In this document: piece after piece, positions 16,334 through 26,644 of the stretch
Layout of the letters: each line of letters opens with the position of its first letter
Position numbering within the stretch: the stretch's first letter is position 1
Source of the DNA: an uncultured Actinomycetota bacterium
Lineage (GTDB): Bacteria; Actinomycetota; Actinomycetes; Actinomycetales; Microbacteriaceae
Reading direction: 5' to 3'
DNA length: 64,000 bases
Assembly: GCA_963789095.1 (NCBI GenBank)
Contig: CAWBJK010000004.1
Coordinates: forward strand, 7,334-71,333
The notes under the pieces: model-generated
Told to the model about the DNA's origin: nothing
Database searches by the model: none
The model's input: the letters and a program-made list of their open reading frames with translations, nothing else
Made by a program: the position numbers and the translations under genes

Positions 16334-18441
16334 CGCGCATCGTCCCGAGCTATGTGAGCGGGGCCTGGTGGACACCCGACGACGACGACGCGACACCCGT
16401 CCACGACGCGTCGACGGGCGCGGAGGTCGCCCGGGTCAGTGCCCGAGGCATCGACCTCGCCGGCGCGCTCGACACCGCACGGCGCGAAGGGCAGGCGTCG
16501 CTCGGCGCACTCACCTTCCACCAGCGCGCACTGCTGCTGAAGGAGTTCGCGCTCGCGCTCACGGCCCGGAAGGACGAGCTCTACGCGCTCTCGGCCCACA
16601 GCGGCACGACGGTCCGCGATGCGCAGGTCGATGTCGACGGCGGCATCGGCGTGCTCTTCACCTATGCCTCGAAGGGCCGGCGCGAGCTGCCGAACGCGGC
16701 CGTGTACGTCGATGGAGCGGTCGAGACGCTGTCGAAAGACGGGTCGTTCCTCGGCGAGCACGTGTACACGCGCCTCCCCGGCGCCGCCGTGCAGATCAAC
16801 GCCTTCAACTTCCCCGTATGGGGTGCGCTCGAGAAGTTCGCCCCCGCGTTCCTGGCCGGCGTGCCGTCGATCGTGAAGCCTGCGACGCCGACCGCGTACC
16901 TCGCCGAGGCGTGGGTGCGGATCCTCGTCGACAGCGGGCGCCTGCCCGCGGGAACGCTTCAGCTCGTGAGCGGCAGCGTCCCCGGCCTGTTCGACCACCT
17001 CCGCCTGGGCGACCTCGTCGGCTTCACGGGAAGCGCGTCGACGGCAGCGCTGCTGCGCCGTCACGAGCGGGTGCAGTCGGGCGAGGTTCGCTTCACGAGC
17101 GAGACCGACTCGATCAACGCGTCGATCCTCGCGCCCGACGCCGGCCCCGGAACGCCCGAGTTCGATGCGTACGTGCGGCAGCTTCTCACCGAGCTCACGA
17201 GCAAGGCCGGCCAGAAGTGCACCGCGATCCGCCGCGCCATCGTGCCCGCCGCCCGCGTGCGCGACGTCGTCGATGCGCTGCGCGACCGGATCGACGAGCG
17301 CGTCGTGATCGGCGATCCGCGCGCCGAGGGCGTGACCATGGGTCCGCTCGTGTCGCGTGCGCAGCGCGAGGAGGTCGTGCGGAGGGTGGAGGAGCTCGTG
17401 GCTGCGGGAGGCGACGTGCTGCTCGGCGGGATCGATCAGCCCGACGTCGTGCACGCGGACGGCTCGGTGGCACCCTCGGTCGAGGGCGCTTTCCTCCGCC
17501 CCGTGGTGCTCGGGTTCACGGATCCGCAGACGCCCGCCGTCCACGAGATCGAAGCGTTCGGCCCCGTCGTGAGCGTGCTCGGCTACGACACCCTCGCCCA
17601 GGCCGCCGACCTCGTGGCCCGCGGTGGCGGATCGCTCGTGACGAGCGTCGCGACCCACGATCCGGACACGGCGGTCGAGCTGCTCACCCGCATCGGCGCC
17701 TACAACGGGCGCGTGCTGTTCCTCAGCCGCGACAACGCCCGAACCTCGACGGGCCATGGGTCGCCCGTGCCGCACCTCGTGCACGGCGGTCCGGGGCGGG
17801 CGGGCGGAGGCGAGGAGCTCGGCGGCATCCGCGCGGTGCTCCACCACATGCAGCGGACGGCCGTGCAGGGTTCGCCCGACGTGCTCACGGCACTGACGGG
17901 ACGATGGCACAGCGGCGCGGCCACGGGCGACGACGGCACGCACCCGTTCCGCAAGTCGCTCGCGGAGCTGCGCCTGGGCGACCGGATCGTGTCGGCCGAG
18001 CGGGAGGTGACGCTCGACGACATCGAGACCTTCGCCCATTTCACGGGCGACACCTTCTACGCCCACATGGACGAGGAGGCGGCGGCCGCCAACCCGTTCT
18101 TCCCGGGGCGCGTGGCGCACGGCTACCTGCTCGTGTCGTGGGCGGCGGGGCTGTTCGTCGATCCCGATCCCGGTCCGGTGCTCGCCAACTACGGGCTCGA
18201 GAACCTGCGATTCGTCACGCCGGTCTCTCCCGGCGACCGCATCCGCGTCAAGCTGACGGCGAAGCAGATCACGCCGCGCGAGACCGATCCGTACGGCGAG
18301 GTGCGGTGGGACGCGGTGATCCGCAACGATCGCGACGAGCTCGTCGCGACCTACGACGTGCTCACTCTCGTCGCCAAGACGCGCGTCGCCGCGGCGCCCG
18401 CCGACGTCGACGCGGCCGCGCGAGCGGCGGTGGCGCGGTGA
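16330..18441 (+). CDS. paaZ: Bifunctional oxepin-CoA hydrolase / 3-oxo-5,6-dehydrosuberyl-CoA semialdehyde dehydrogenase
   Basis: An N-terminal aldehyde dehydrogenase domain is followed by a C-terminal MaoC-like hydratase domain (FAHFTGDTFYAH). The ATGA overlap with paaH supports the start. Confidence 0.85.
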   Translation: MTRIVPSYVSGAWWTPDDDDATPVHDASTGAEVARVSARGIDLAGALDTARREGQASLGALTFHQRALLLKEFALALTARKDELYALSAHSGTTVRDAQVDVDGGIGVLFTYASKGRRELPNAAVYVDGAVETLSKDGSFLGEHVYTRLPGAAVQINAFNFPVWGALEKFAPAFLAGVPSIVKPATPTAYLAEAWVRILVDSGRLPAGTLQLVSGSVPGLFDHLRLGDLVGFTGSASTAALLRRHERVQSGEVRFTSETDSINASILAPDAGPGTPEFDAYVRQLLTELTSKAGQKCTAIRRAIVPAARVRDVVDALRDRIDERVVIGDPRAEGVTMGPLVSRAQREEVVRRVEELVAAGGDVLLGGIDQPDVVHADGSVAPSVEGAFLRPVVLGFTDPQTPAVHEIEAFGPVVSVLGYDTLAQAADLVARGGGSLVTSVATHDPDTAVELLTRIGAYNGRVLFLSRDNARTSTGHGSPVPHLVHGGPGRAGGGEELGGIRAVLHHMQRTAVQGSPDVLTALTGRWHSGAATGDDGTHPFRKSLAELRLGDRIVSAEREVTLDDIETFAHFTGDTFYAHMDEEAAAANPFFPGRVAHGYLLVSWAAGLFVDPDPGPVLANYGLENLRFVTPVSPGDRIRVKLTAKQITPRETDPYGEVRWDAVIRNDRDELVATYDVLTLVAKTRVAAAPADVDAAARAAVAR

Positions 18442-18866
18442 CCGACCCTCAGGAGGCGCGCGCGGCGACGCCGGACGGCCTTCGCCCGATGATGCAGCGC
18501 GACCGCGCGTCGATGGCCCTCGGAATGGTCGTCGAGCTCGACCTGCCCGGTGAGGCGGTGGTGTCGATGCCGGTGCGCGACGACATGACGAACGGGTTCG
18601 AGATCACGCACGGCGGCGTGGTGTTCGCGCTCGCCGACACAGCATTCGCGATCGCGTGCAACGAGGACCACCGGGTGACGGTGGCATCAGGCGCCGACAT
18701 CACGTTCCTGAAGTCCACACGCGCCGGCGCCGTGCTGACGGCGCGGGCGGTGCGGCGCACGCGCAACGGCCGCACCGGGATCTACGACGTGACGGTGACC
18801 GACGAGACCGGCCAGACGGTCGCCGAGTTCCGCGGGCGCTCGGTCACGACCGACCGCACCGTCTGA
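18438..18866 (+). CDS. paaI: Phenylacetyl-CoA thioesterase (hotdog fold)
   Basis: [24 protein letters not shown] motif. GTG 18438 overlaps the paaZ stop (GTGA). Confidence 0.85.
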   Translation: MTDPQEARAATPDGLRPMMQRDRASMALGMVVELDLPGEAVVSMPVRDDMTNGFEITHGGVVFALADTAFAIACNEDHRVTVASGADITFLKSTRAGAVLTARAVRRTRNGRTGIYDVTVTDETGQTVAEFRGRSVTTDRTV

Positions 18867-18907
18867 CTCCGGCCTCTCCCTCCCCGGAGCAGGAAGCGGT
18901 ACACTTA

Positions 18908-18923
18908 CTGAACGATCGGTCTG
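18908..18923. promoter_or_regulatory. Candidate TetR (PaaR-like) operator, copy 2, just upstream of paaA
   Basis: Identical 16-mer ctgaacgatcggtctg, located 15 nt before the paaA ATG and overlapping the region of its RBS (aaaggag). Confidence 0.55.
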
Positions 18924-18937
18924 TAAAGGAGTCGACG

Positions 18938-19936
18938 ATGACGACCGCATACGTGAGCACGGCCGATGCCGGCGCAGACGACGACGCGCAGGCGGCCTTC
19001 GACGACCTCATCGCCGCCGACGCCCGCATCGAACCGCGCGACTGGATGCCCGACGCCTACCGCCGCACCCTCATCCGACAGATCTCCCAGCACGCGCACT
19101 CCGAGATCATCGGCATGCAGCCGGAGGGCAGCTGGATCCTCCGCGCCCCCAGCCTCAAGCGCAAGGCGATCCTCATGGCCAAGGTGCAGGACGAGGCCGG
19201 CCACGGACTCTACCTCTACTCGGCCGCGCAGACCCTCGGGATCACCCGCGACGAGATGACCGCGCAACTCATCGCCGGCACCGCGAAGTACTCGTCGATC
19301 TTCAACTACCCCACCCCGACGTGGGCCGACATGGGCGCGATCGGCTGGCTCGTCGACGGTGCCGCGATCTGCAACCAGGTGCCGCTGTGCCGCGCGTCGT
19401 ACGGCCCGTACGCGCGCGCGATGGTGCGCATCTGCAAGGAGGAGTCGTTCCACCAGCGACAGGGATTCGAGATCCTCCTCACCCTCATGCAGGGCACCCC
19501 CGCCCAGCGGGCCATGGCGCAGGATGCCGTCGACCGCTGGTACTGGCCGAGCCTCATGATGTTCGGTCCACCCGACGACGCCTCGCCGAACTCGGCGCAG
19601 TCGATGGCCTGGAAGATCAAGCGGTTCTCGAACGACGACCTGCGCCAGCGCTTCATCGGCATGCTGGTGCCGCAGGCCGCGGCCCTCGGCGTCACGCTCC
19701 CCGATCCCGAACTGCGATGGGACGACGAAGCGGAGCGCTGGCACACGAGCGACATCGACTGGGATGAGTTCCGCGAGGTGCTCTCTGGTCGCGGCCCGCT
19801 CAACGCGGCGCGCGTGCAGCACCGCCGTGACGCGCACGACGACGGCGCGTGGGTGCGGGAGGCGGCGGCCGCCTACGCCCGCAAAAAGGACGAAGCCGCA
19901 CCCGACCGGCCTTCACAAGCGAGTGAGGCTGCGTGA
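18938..19936 (+). CDS. paaA: 1,2-phenylacetyl-CoA epoxidase subunit A
   Basis: Di-iron ligand regions ([21 protein letters not shown]). Confidence 0.92.
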   Translation: MTTAYVSTADAGADDDAQAAFDDLIAADARIEPRDWMPDAYRRTLIRQISQHAHSEIIGMQPEGSWILRAPSLKRKAILMAKVQDEAGHGLYLYSAAQTLGITRDEMTAQLIAGTAKYSSIFNYPTPTWADMGAIGWLVDGAAICNQVPLCRASYGPYARAMVRICKEESFHQRQGFEILLTLMQGTPAQRAMAQDAVDRWYWPSLMMFGPPDDASPNSAQSMAWKIKRFSNDDLRQRFIGMLVPQAAALGVTLPDPELRWDDEAERWHTSDIDWDEFREVLSGRGPLNAARVQHRRDAHDDGAWVREAAAAYARKKDEAAPDRPSQASEAA

Positions 19937-20241
19937 TGACGACCCCGGGCAGCTCGGCGGCGGAGCAGTGGCCGCTGTGGGAAGTGTTCATCCGCGCCGA
20001 CCGCGGACTCAGCCACGTTCATGTCGGATCGCTCCACGCGCCCGACGCCGACCTGGCCCTTCGAAACGCCCGCGACCTCTACACGCGCCGGAGCGAAGGC
20101 GTGTCGATCTGGGTGGTGCCCGCCGACGCCGTGACCACGAGCGACCCCGACGCGAAGGGCGCGTTCTTCGAAAGCCCCGCCGGCAAGAACTACCGGCACG
20201 CGCGGTACTACACCGCCTCCGAGGGGGTGCCGCACCTGTGA
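19933..20241 (+). CDS. paaB: 1,2-phenylacetyl-CoA epoxidase subunit B
   Basis: [26 protein letters not shown] is typical PaaB. The start overlaps the paaA stop. Confidence 0.9.
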   Translation: MMTTPGSSAAEQWPLWEVFIRADRGLSHVHVGSLHAPDADLALRNARDLYTRRSEGVSIWVVPADAVTTSDPDAKGAFFESPAGKNYRHARYYTASEGVPHL

Positions 20242-21132
20242 GCCACACCGACACGAGCGAGCTCGACCCGCACGGCGACGTGACCGTCGACGACGTCGCC
20301 CTCTCGGCCGAGCTGGCGGGCGCCGAAGGGAGAGCGCTGTCTCCCGACGTCGCCGACGTACGCGCTGCGGCTCGGCGACGACGCGCTCGTGCTGTCGCAG
20401 CACCTCGCCTGGTGGATCGCCCGCGCCCCCGAGCTCGAGGAAGACGTCGCGCTCGCCAACATCGCGCTCGACCTGCTCGGCCACGCCCGCTCACTGCTGC
20501 GCTACGCGGGGAGCATCGACGGCCGCACGGAGGACGACCTCGCCTACCAGCGCGACGAGAGCGGGTTCCGGTGCGCGTGGCTGTTCGAGCAGCCGCACGG
20601 CGACTTCGCCCAGACGATCGCGCGCCAACTGCTGGCATCCGCCTACATGTACGAGCTGTACCGCGCTCTCTCGGCGTCGGCAGACCCCACGCTGGCGGCC
20701 ATCGCCGCCAAAGCGGTGAAGGAGGTCGAATACCACCGCGATCACGCCGTGCAGTGGAGCCTGCGCCTCGCGGGCGGCACCGACGAGTCGCGCCGCCGCT
20801 TCGTCGGCGCGCTCGAAGACCTCTGGCCGTACGTCGACGAGCTCTTCCGCGACGACGAGCTCATCGAGCGCCTCGCCGACATGACGCCGGGGATGGGCGC
20901 CGCCGACGGGAACCCTGCCGGCCGCACGATGCCGGTCGCCGTGCCCCCGTCGAGGCTGCGGGCCCCCTTCGACGCCGTGATCCATGCCGTGCTCGCCGAG
21001 GAAGGCGTCGCCGTGCCCGACGCGGCACCGTCGCGTGCAGGAGGCCGCAGCGGCATCCACCACCCCGCACTCGGCCCGCTCCTCGCCGAGATGCAGGTGC
21101 TCGCTCGCGCACACCCGGGGGCGACATGGTGA
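20238..21132 (+). pseudogene. paaC: 1,2-phenylacetyl-CoA epoxidase subunit C with an apparent 1-nt frameshift near the 5' end
   Basis: GTG 20238 overlaps the paaB stop (GTGA) and opens frame 0. The conserved YALRLGDDALVLSQHLAWWIARAPELEED lies in frame 1, which has a stop at 20281 and no ATG/GTG before 20389. The total length of 895 nt is 3n+1. Confidence 0.65.
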
Positions 21133-21641
21133 CCGCGCTCTCGCCCGCCTGGACGGTCGCCGCTGCTGTGCCCGACCCCGAGATCCCCGCGCTCACGATC
21201 GCCGACCTCGGGATCCTCCGCGACGTCCACGAGACGGATGGGCGGGTGTCCGTGACGCTCACACCGACCTACTCGGGATGCCCCGCGATGGACGCCATCC
21301 GTCAGGACGTCGAGCTCGCCCTCACCGCGGCCGGCTACGACGACGTCGACGTGCGCTTCACCCTGTCGCCGGCGTGGACGACGGAGTGGATGAGCGCCGA
21401 GGGTCGGCGGAAGCTGCAGGAGTTCGGGATCGCGCCGCCGAGCGGCCTGCAGACCTCGGGCACCCGCCGGACCGGCCCGGTGCCCGTCGTGCTCTCGCTG
21501 CGCCGCCCGCCGACGGTCGCGTGCCCGCGCTGCGGATCGACCGACACGCGGGAGGTGTCGAGGTTCGCCTCCGCACCCTGCCGAGCGCTGTACAGCTGCC
21601 GTGCTTGTCTCGAGCCGTTCGACCACTTCAAGGACCACTGA
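21126..21641 (+). CDS. paaD: 1,2-phenylacetyl-CoA epoxidase subunit D
   Basis: DPEIPALTIADLGILRD...TPTYSGCPA plus a C-terminal Cys cluster (CPRCGS...CRAC). Confidence 0.88.
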   Translation: MVTALSPAWTVAAAVPDPEIPALTIADLGILRDVHETDGRVSVTLTPTYSGCPAMDAIRQDVELALTAAGYDDVDVRFTLSPAWTTEWMSAEGRRKLQEFGIAPPSGLQTSGTRRTGPVPVVLSLRRPPTVACPRCGSTDTREVSRFASAPCRALYSCRACLEPFDHFKDH

Positions 21642-22738
21642 TGCCGGCGCAAGAACGACGGCGTGCGCGGTTCCACCCGCTCGAAGTGCGTGACGTGCGA
21701 CCTCTCACCGCCGACGCCGTCGAAGTCACCTTCGCCGTGCCCGACGACCTCGCCGGCGAGTACGACTACCTTCCCGGGCAGTACGTCGCCCTCCGGGCCC
21801 ATCTCGACGGCGAGGAACTGCGCCGCTCGTACTCCCTGTGCCGCCCGCCCCAGCGCGGATCGCTGAGTGTGGGCATCAAGCGCGACGTGGGCGGGCGCTT
21901 CTCGTCGTGGGCGCAGACCGAGCTGCGCCCCGGCGACCGGCTCGATGTCATGAGCCCGCAGGGCACGTTCACCTCGCGCCTCGACGATCTCGCCGACGCG
22001 CATGTCGCGGGCATCGCCGCCGGGTCGGGCATCACGCCGCTCGTCGCCCTCGCGACGACGGTGCTCGCGCGATCCGATGCCAGTCGGTTCACGCTCGTGT
22101 ACAGCAACCGGTCGACCCTCGACGTGATGTTCCTCGACGAGCTCGCCGACCTCAAAGACCGCTACCCCGCGCGGTTCGCCCTCCATCACGTGCTGTCGCG
22201 CGAGCGGCGTGCCGCGCCGCTCCTGTCGGGACGTCTCGACGATGAGCGGCTGCACCGCATCCTCACGTCGCTCGTGCTGCCCGCGACCGTGGACGAGTGG
22301 TTCCTCTGCGGGCCTCTCGACCTCGTCGCGCGCACACGACACCTGCTCGACGACCTCGGTGTCGCCCCCGAACGCGTCCACTTCGAACTGTTCACCACCG
22401 GCGAGAGCGACGACCGCACGCCCCGGCCGGCGGTCGCGGTACGCGACGACGAGCCCGTGCACGCAATCGACTTCACCCTCGACGGGCAGTCGTCGACCGT
22501 CAGGAGCCCGGTCGCCGCGCGCGAATCGATCCTCGACGCCGCTCTGCGAGTGCGCTCCGACGTGCCGTTCGCCTGCGCGGGCGGCGTCTGCGGCACCTGC
22601 CGCGCGCGGCTCGTCAGCGGGTCGGTGACGATGCGCGAGAACTACGCCCTCGAACCCGACGAGATCGAGCGCGGCTACGTGCTCACCTGCCAATCCCATC
22701 CGACGACCGACCGCGTCGTCGTCGACTACGACGTCTGA
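21641..22738 (+). CDS. paaE: 1,2-phenylacetyl-CoA epoxidase reductase subunit E (FNR-like with a 2Fe-2S ferredoxin domain)
   Basis: RSYSLC flavin motif, GIAAGSGITP NAD motif and C-terminal CAGGVCGTCRA. The ATG shares a base with the paaD stop. Confidence 0.9.
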   Translation: MPAQERRRARFHPLEVRDVRPLTADAVEVTFAVPDDLAGEYDYLPGQYVALRAHLDGEELRRSYSLCRPPQRGSLSVGIKRDVGGRFSSWAQTELRPGDRLDVMSPQGTFTSRLDDLADAHVAGIAAGSGITPLVALATTVLARSDASRFTLVYSNRSTLDVMFLDELADLKDRYPARFALHHVLSRERRAAPLLSGRLDDERLHRILTSLVLPATVDEWFLCGPLDLVARTRHLLDDLGVAPERVHFELFTTGESDDRTPRPAVAVRDDEPVHAIDFTLDGQSSTVRSPVAARESILDAALRVRSDVPFACAGGVCGTCRARLVSGSVTMRENYALEPDEIERGYVLTCQSHPTTDRVVVDYDV

Positions 22739-22783
22739 ACGCCCCCACCGCCCGCCCGTCAGGGCACGATCCGAGGAGACCCC

Positions 22784-23560
22784 GTGAGCATGATCGACCT
22801 CCGCATCGCCGACGACGTCGCGACCGTCGTGCTCGACAGCCCCGACAAGCTCAACGCACTCGACGAGACCGCCCTCCGCGACCTCGACGCGGCCTACCGC
22901 GAGGCCGAATCCGCCCGAGTGCGAGCCCTCGTGCTGCGCGGCGAGGGGCGCGCCTTCTGCGCCGGTCGCGACATCTCCCGCGTCGACCCTCGCACCGACG
23001 ACGTCCCCGCCTACCTCGACGGGCTCGTGACGCCGCTGCTGCAGCGGATGGCCGCTTTCCCGGCGCCGACCTTCGCCGCCGCACAGGGCGCGTCGCTCGG
23101 GGTCGGCCTCGGCCTTCTGATCGCGACCGACGTCGTGTACGTCGCCGACGACGCGAAGATCGGCTCCCCGTTCGCCGCGCTCGGCGCCACCCTCGACTCG
23201 GGCGGCCACGCCCTGTTCTACGAGCGGCTCGGAGCGCACCGTACGCTCGACCTCATCTACTCCGGCGAGCTGCTGTCGGGGGCGGAGGCCGTGCGATCGG
23301 GTCTCTTCTCGCGGGCGCTCCCGGCGGCCGAGCTCGCCGACGCCGTCACCGCCGCCGCCCGGACCGCCGCCCGCGGGGCGACGGCCGCGTTCCTCGCGAG
23401 CAAGCGCCTCATCGCTCGACTTCGCGACGAGAGGCTCGGCCTGTGGACCGCGATGACCGACGAGAACCGCGCGCAGGCGGCCCTGTGCGACACCGACGAC
23501 TACCGCGAGGGCTTCGCGGCCTTCCAGGAGAAGCGCCGTCCCGTCTTCCGCGGGCGCTGA
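22784..23560 (+). CDS. Enoyl-CoA hydratase/isomerase family protein (PaaF/PaaG-type)
   Basis: Crotonase fold motifs (RGEGRAFCAGRDI, AAAQGASLGVGLGL). Confidence 0.85.
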   Translation: MSMIDLRIADDVATVVLDSPDKLNALDETALRDLDAAYREAESARVRALVLRGEGRAFCAGRDISRVDPRTDDVPAYLDGLVTPLLQRMAAFPAPTFAAAQGASLGVGLGLLIATDVVYVADDAKIGSPFAALGATLDSGGHALFYERLGAHRTLDLIYSGELLSGAEAVRSGLFSRALPAAELADAVTAAARTAARGATAAFLASKRLIARLRDERLGLWTAMTDENRAQAALCDTDDYREGFAAFQEKRRPVFRGR

Positions 23561-23588
23561 CGACGACCTCCTCGCGAACCGGCGGCAA

Positions 23589-26054
23589 TCAAGCCGAGGC
23601 GGACCGCGCGTCGATCACCGGCGCCAGGGCGAGCACGAGCGCGAGCACGTTGCGGGCGCCGCGCTGAAGCTCACCGACCGTGAGGCCGTCGGGGCGTGCG
23701 AGCGCCTCGAGGATCGTGTCGTCGGCGTAATCCTGCGGGCCGCTCTCGGTCTTCACGCCGCCCGGCATCAGCACGTCGACCTGCGCGCGCACGCGGTAGG
23801 CGTTGTTCTCCAGCGCGGGGAAGTCGGGGTCGACCGCGTCCTCCATCCACCAGTCCGTGATGACGCAGCCCTCGTAACCCCACTCGCCGCGCAGCACGTC
23901 GGTCACCAGAGCATCGTGGTAGTGCGCCCACACGCCGTTGATCTTGTTGTACGACGTCATGAGCGCGAGCGGACGCGCCTCCCGCACGCACAGCTCGAAC
24001 CCGCGCAGGTAGATCTCGCGGAAGGCGCGCTCCGACAGACGCGAATCGTTCCGCGTGCGGTTGGTCTCCTGGTTGTTCGCCGCGAAGTGCTTGGGGCACG
24101 CCGCGACCCCCTGGGACTGCACCCCCCGGACGACCGCCGCCGCCGTGCGACCGGTGACGAGCGGGTCTTCCGAGAAGTACTCGAAGTTGCGGCCGCAGAG
24201 CGGATCGCGGTGGATGTTCATGCCGGGACTGAGCAGCACGTCCGACCCCTTGCGGATCATCTCCTGGCCGTGCAACGCCGTCAGCTCGCTCACGAGAGCG
24301 GGGTTCCACGTCGATGCGAGGGCCGTGCCGGACGGGAGCAGCGACGCGTAGGCCGACAGACGGATGCCGCTCGGGCCGTCGGTCGTCGTCACCGGGCGCA
24401 CGCCCTTGGCGCGCAGCGACGCCGAGACACCGCCGAGCACCCCCGCGTTGCCTGCCGCGCCGAGCGGCGAATGCATCGTGACATCGCCACGCGCGATGAC
24501 GGCGAGCTCCTCGTTCGACAGCTGGGCGACGAAGTCGTCGAGCGTCGCCTCACCGGCTGCCACCGCATCGAGCGTGATCCCGGCGTCGCCTGTCTGCGCG
24601 AGAGCGGGCGGCAGTGCCGCGAGCACGCGCGCCCGGCGGTCGGCCGTCGCGGTCGGCACCGGCTCCCAGCCCACGCGGGCCGCGCCGTCGGCGTCGCGGA
24701 CGACCGTCATCCGGTCGAAGGCTTCGACGGGCGCGGTGACTTCCGCCACGTGCCGCACCACGTGGAGCTCGTCCATCGTCACGGAGGCGGCGTGGGCCGC
24801 CGATCGCACATCGGATCCCACGAAGAAGCGGTACTCGCCTTCCTCTCGCACCCACGCGTGACGGTGCCCGGTGACGCCGGAGTCGTCGAACGACGCGAGG
24901 TCGTCGAGCGCGACCGTCAGGGTCACCCTCTCCGAGGCGCCGGGGGCGAGCAGCGCGGTCTTCGCGAAGGCGACGAGGCTGCGCGCGGGCTGCGCGAGGC
25001 GCGTGCCGGGGGCCGAGACGTAGAGCTGGACGGTCTCGCGCCCATCGCGTCTGCCCGTGTTCTCGACGTCGATCACGACGGTGACCGCCTCGTCGTCACG
25101 CGAGGTCTCGACGACCGTCAGCGAGAAGTCGGTGTACCCGAGGCCGAAGCCGAACGGGAACTGCACCTTCTCGGGCGCGAACGTCTCGAAGTAGCGATAG
25201 CCGACGAAGATGTCTTCGGCGTACACGTTGACGTCGGGGTCGCCGAAGTTCGCGGCGCTCGGATAGTCGTCGTACGACCAGGCGATCGTGTCGGTGAGCT
25301 TGCCGCTCGGCGCCTCCTCGCCCGACAGCACGGCGGCCACGGCGCGGGCACCTTCCATACCGCCCTGCCATGCATACAGCACGCTCGCGATGCGGTCGCC
25401 GTAGTCCGCCAGCCACGACAGGTCCATCACGTTGCCCGCATCGATCACGACGACGGTGCGCTCGAACGCCGACGTCACCGCGTCGAGCATGGCCCGCTCG
25501 TCATCGGTCAGGTAGAAGCTCCCGGGGGTGCGCAAGCTGTCGCGCGCCTCGCCGGCTGCGCGTCCGATCACGACGACGGCGACGTCGGCGCGTTCCGCCG
25601 CGGCCGCGGCGACGTCCGGGGCGAGCGGCATCTCCGGAAAGTGGTGCGGCCACTGGCCCCACGTGCCGGTGAGCGCGGGCGGGTTCGCCACGCACCAGGC
25701 GGCGTAGGTGTCGGCGGTTTCGCCGTCGAGCTCGATGCCCGCATCGCGCAGACCTGCCACGAGGTTCCAGACGTAGGGGACCTTCACGTCGCCGCCCGAG
25801 CCGTATCCGACGGCGAACCAGTCGAACTGCACGCGTCCGAACAGAGCGACGCGGCGGCCGGCCAGGGGCAGGACGTCGCCGTCGTTGCGGAGCATCACGA
25901 TCCCCTGGGTCGCGACGCGGCGGGCCATGCGGCCGAGTTCGGGATCGAGCGTCGGGTCGGTGTCTTCGAGGATCGTCGACAGCTGCGCGACCGACTCGAT
26001 GGCGGTCGCGCCGTGGGAGCGGTCGCCGGACTCGATGGAGGGACTGAGGGGCAT
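23589..26054 (-). CDS. Glycoside hydrolase family 3 (beta-glucosidase-like) with permuted domain order
   Basis: The GH3 C-domain-like start (IVMLRNDGDVLPL) is at the N-terminus, the Fn3-like segment (ETVQLYVSAPG) is central, and the catalytic N-domain motifs (KHFAANNQE, GCVITDWW) are near the C-terminus. AAGGAA RBS precedes ATG 26054. Confidence 0.85.
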   Translation of the reverse strand: MPLSPSIESGDRSHGATAIESVAQLSTILEDTDPTLDPELGRMARRVATQGIVMLRNDGDVLPLAGRRVALFGRVQFDWFAVGYGSGGDVKVPYVWNLVAGLRDAGIELDGETADTYAAWCVANPPALTGTWGQWPHHFPEMPLAPDVAAAAAERADVAVVVIGRAAGEARDSLRTPGSFYLTDDERAMLDAVTSAFERTVVVIDAGNVMDLSWLADYGDRIASVLYAWQGGMEGARAVAAVLSGEEAPSGKLTDTIAWSYDDYPSAANFGDPDVNVYAEDIFVGYRYFETFAPEKVQFPFGFGLGYTDFSLTVVETSRDDEAVTVVIDVENTGRRDGRETVQLYVSAPGTRLAQPARSLVAFAKTALLAPGASERVTLTVALDDLASFDDSGVTGHRHAWVREEGEYRFFVGSDVRSAAHAASVTMDELHVVRHVAEVTAPVEAFDRMTVVRDADGAARVGWEPVPTATADRRARVLAALPPALAQTGDAGITLDAVAAGEATLDDFVAQLSNEELAVIARGDVTMHSPLGAAGNAGVLGGVSASLRAKGVRPVTTTDGPSGIRLSAYASLLPSGTALASTWNPALVSELTALHGQEMIRKGSDVLLSPGMNIHRDPLCGRNFEYFSEDPLVTGRTAAAVVRGVQSQGVAACPKHFAANNQETNRTRNDSRLSERAFREIYLRGFELCVREARPLALMTSYNKINGVWAHYHDALVTDVLRGEWGYEGCVITDWWMEDAVDPDFPALENNAYRVRAQVDVLMPGGVKTESGPQDYADDTILEALARPDGLTVGELQRGARNVLALVLALAPVIDARSASA

Positions 26055-26126
26055 GGCGATTCCTTGCGTGTGCGCGTCGCGCGATTGTTGGGAGCGCTCC
26101 CACGGTAGCCCATAACCCCACCCCTG

Positions 26127-26633
26127 GTGCAAGACTTGAGGATGCGGATTCTCCTGAAGCTGGTGCTCGACTGTGACGCCGACGCCGCGTGGCGCGCACT
26201 CCACTCGCCGCGCGCGGTCGCCGAGCTGTACGGGCCGTTCGTGGAACTCGAACCCCTCGCCGAGCGACTGCCGACGGCGCTCACCCCCGGGCTGGACGTT
26301 CCCGTTCGCATGTCGGTGGGGGGCGTGGTCCCGCTCGGGGCCCAGCTCATCCACACGACCGACCGCTACGTGGAGGATTCCCGCGGACCGGTGCGGATCC
26401 TCCGCGACAGCGGCATCCCCCTCACGGGGCCGCTCGCCGCACTCGACGTCTGGGATCACCAGATGGCGGTGTCTCCCGCACCCGGCGACCCGAGCCGCAC
26501 CCTGTGGCGCGATCGGCTCGTGATCGGCGGGGGCGCCGCGGCACCGCTGTGGCCGGTGCTGTGGAGCGTGTGGCAGTGGCGAGGGCTGCGCCTCCGGCAG
26601 CTCGCCCCCACGTGGGCGCACGACCCGGACTGA
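26127..26633 (+). CDS. Hypothetical protein (possibly SRPBCC/START-like)
   Basis: The ORF shows codon-position GC bias. No motif was recognised with certainty, and the start (26127 or 26142) is uncertain. Confidence 0.45.
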   Translation: MQDLRMRILLKLVLDCDADAAWRALHSPRAVAELYGPFVELEPLAERLPTALTPGLDVPVRMSVGGVVPLGAQLIHTTDRYVEDSRGPVRILRDSGIPLTGPLAALDVWDHQMAVSPAPGDPSRTLWRDRLVIGGGAAAPLWPVLWSVWQWRGLRLRQLAPTWAHDPD

Positions 26634-26644
26634 CGGCCTCCGGC

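Noticed and set aside
14697-23560. paa cluster as a novel pathway
   Set aside because: This is the canonical phenylacetate catabolon (paaH, Z, I, A-E and crotonases). Only the operator motif and the paaC frameshift merit notes.
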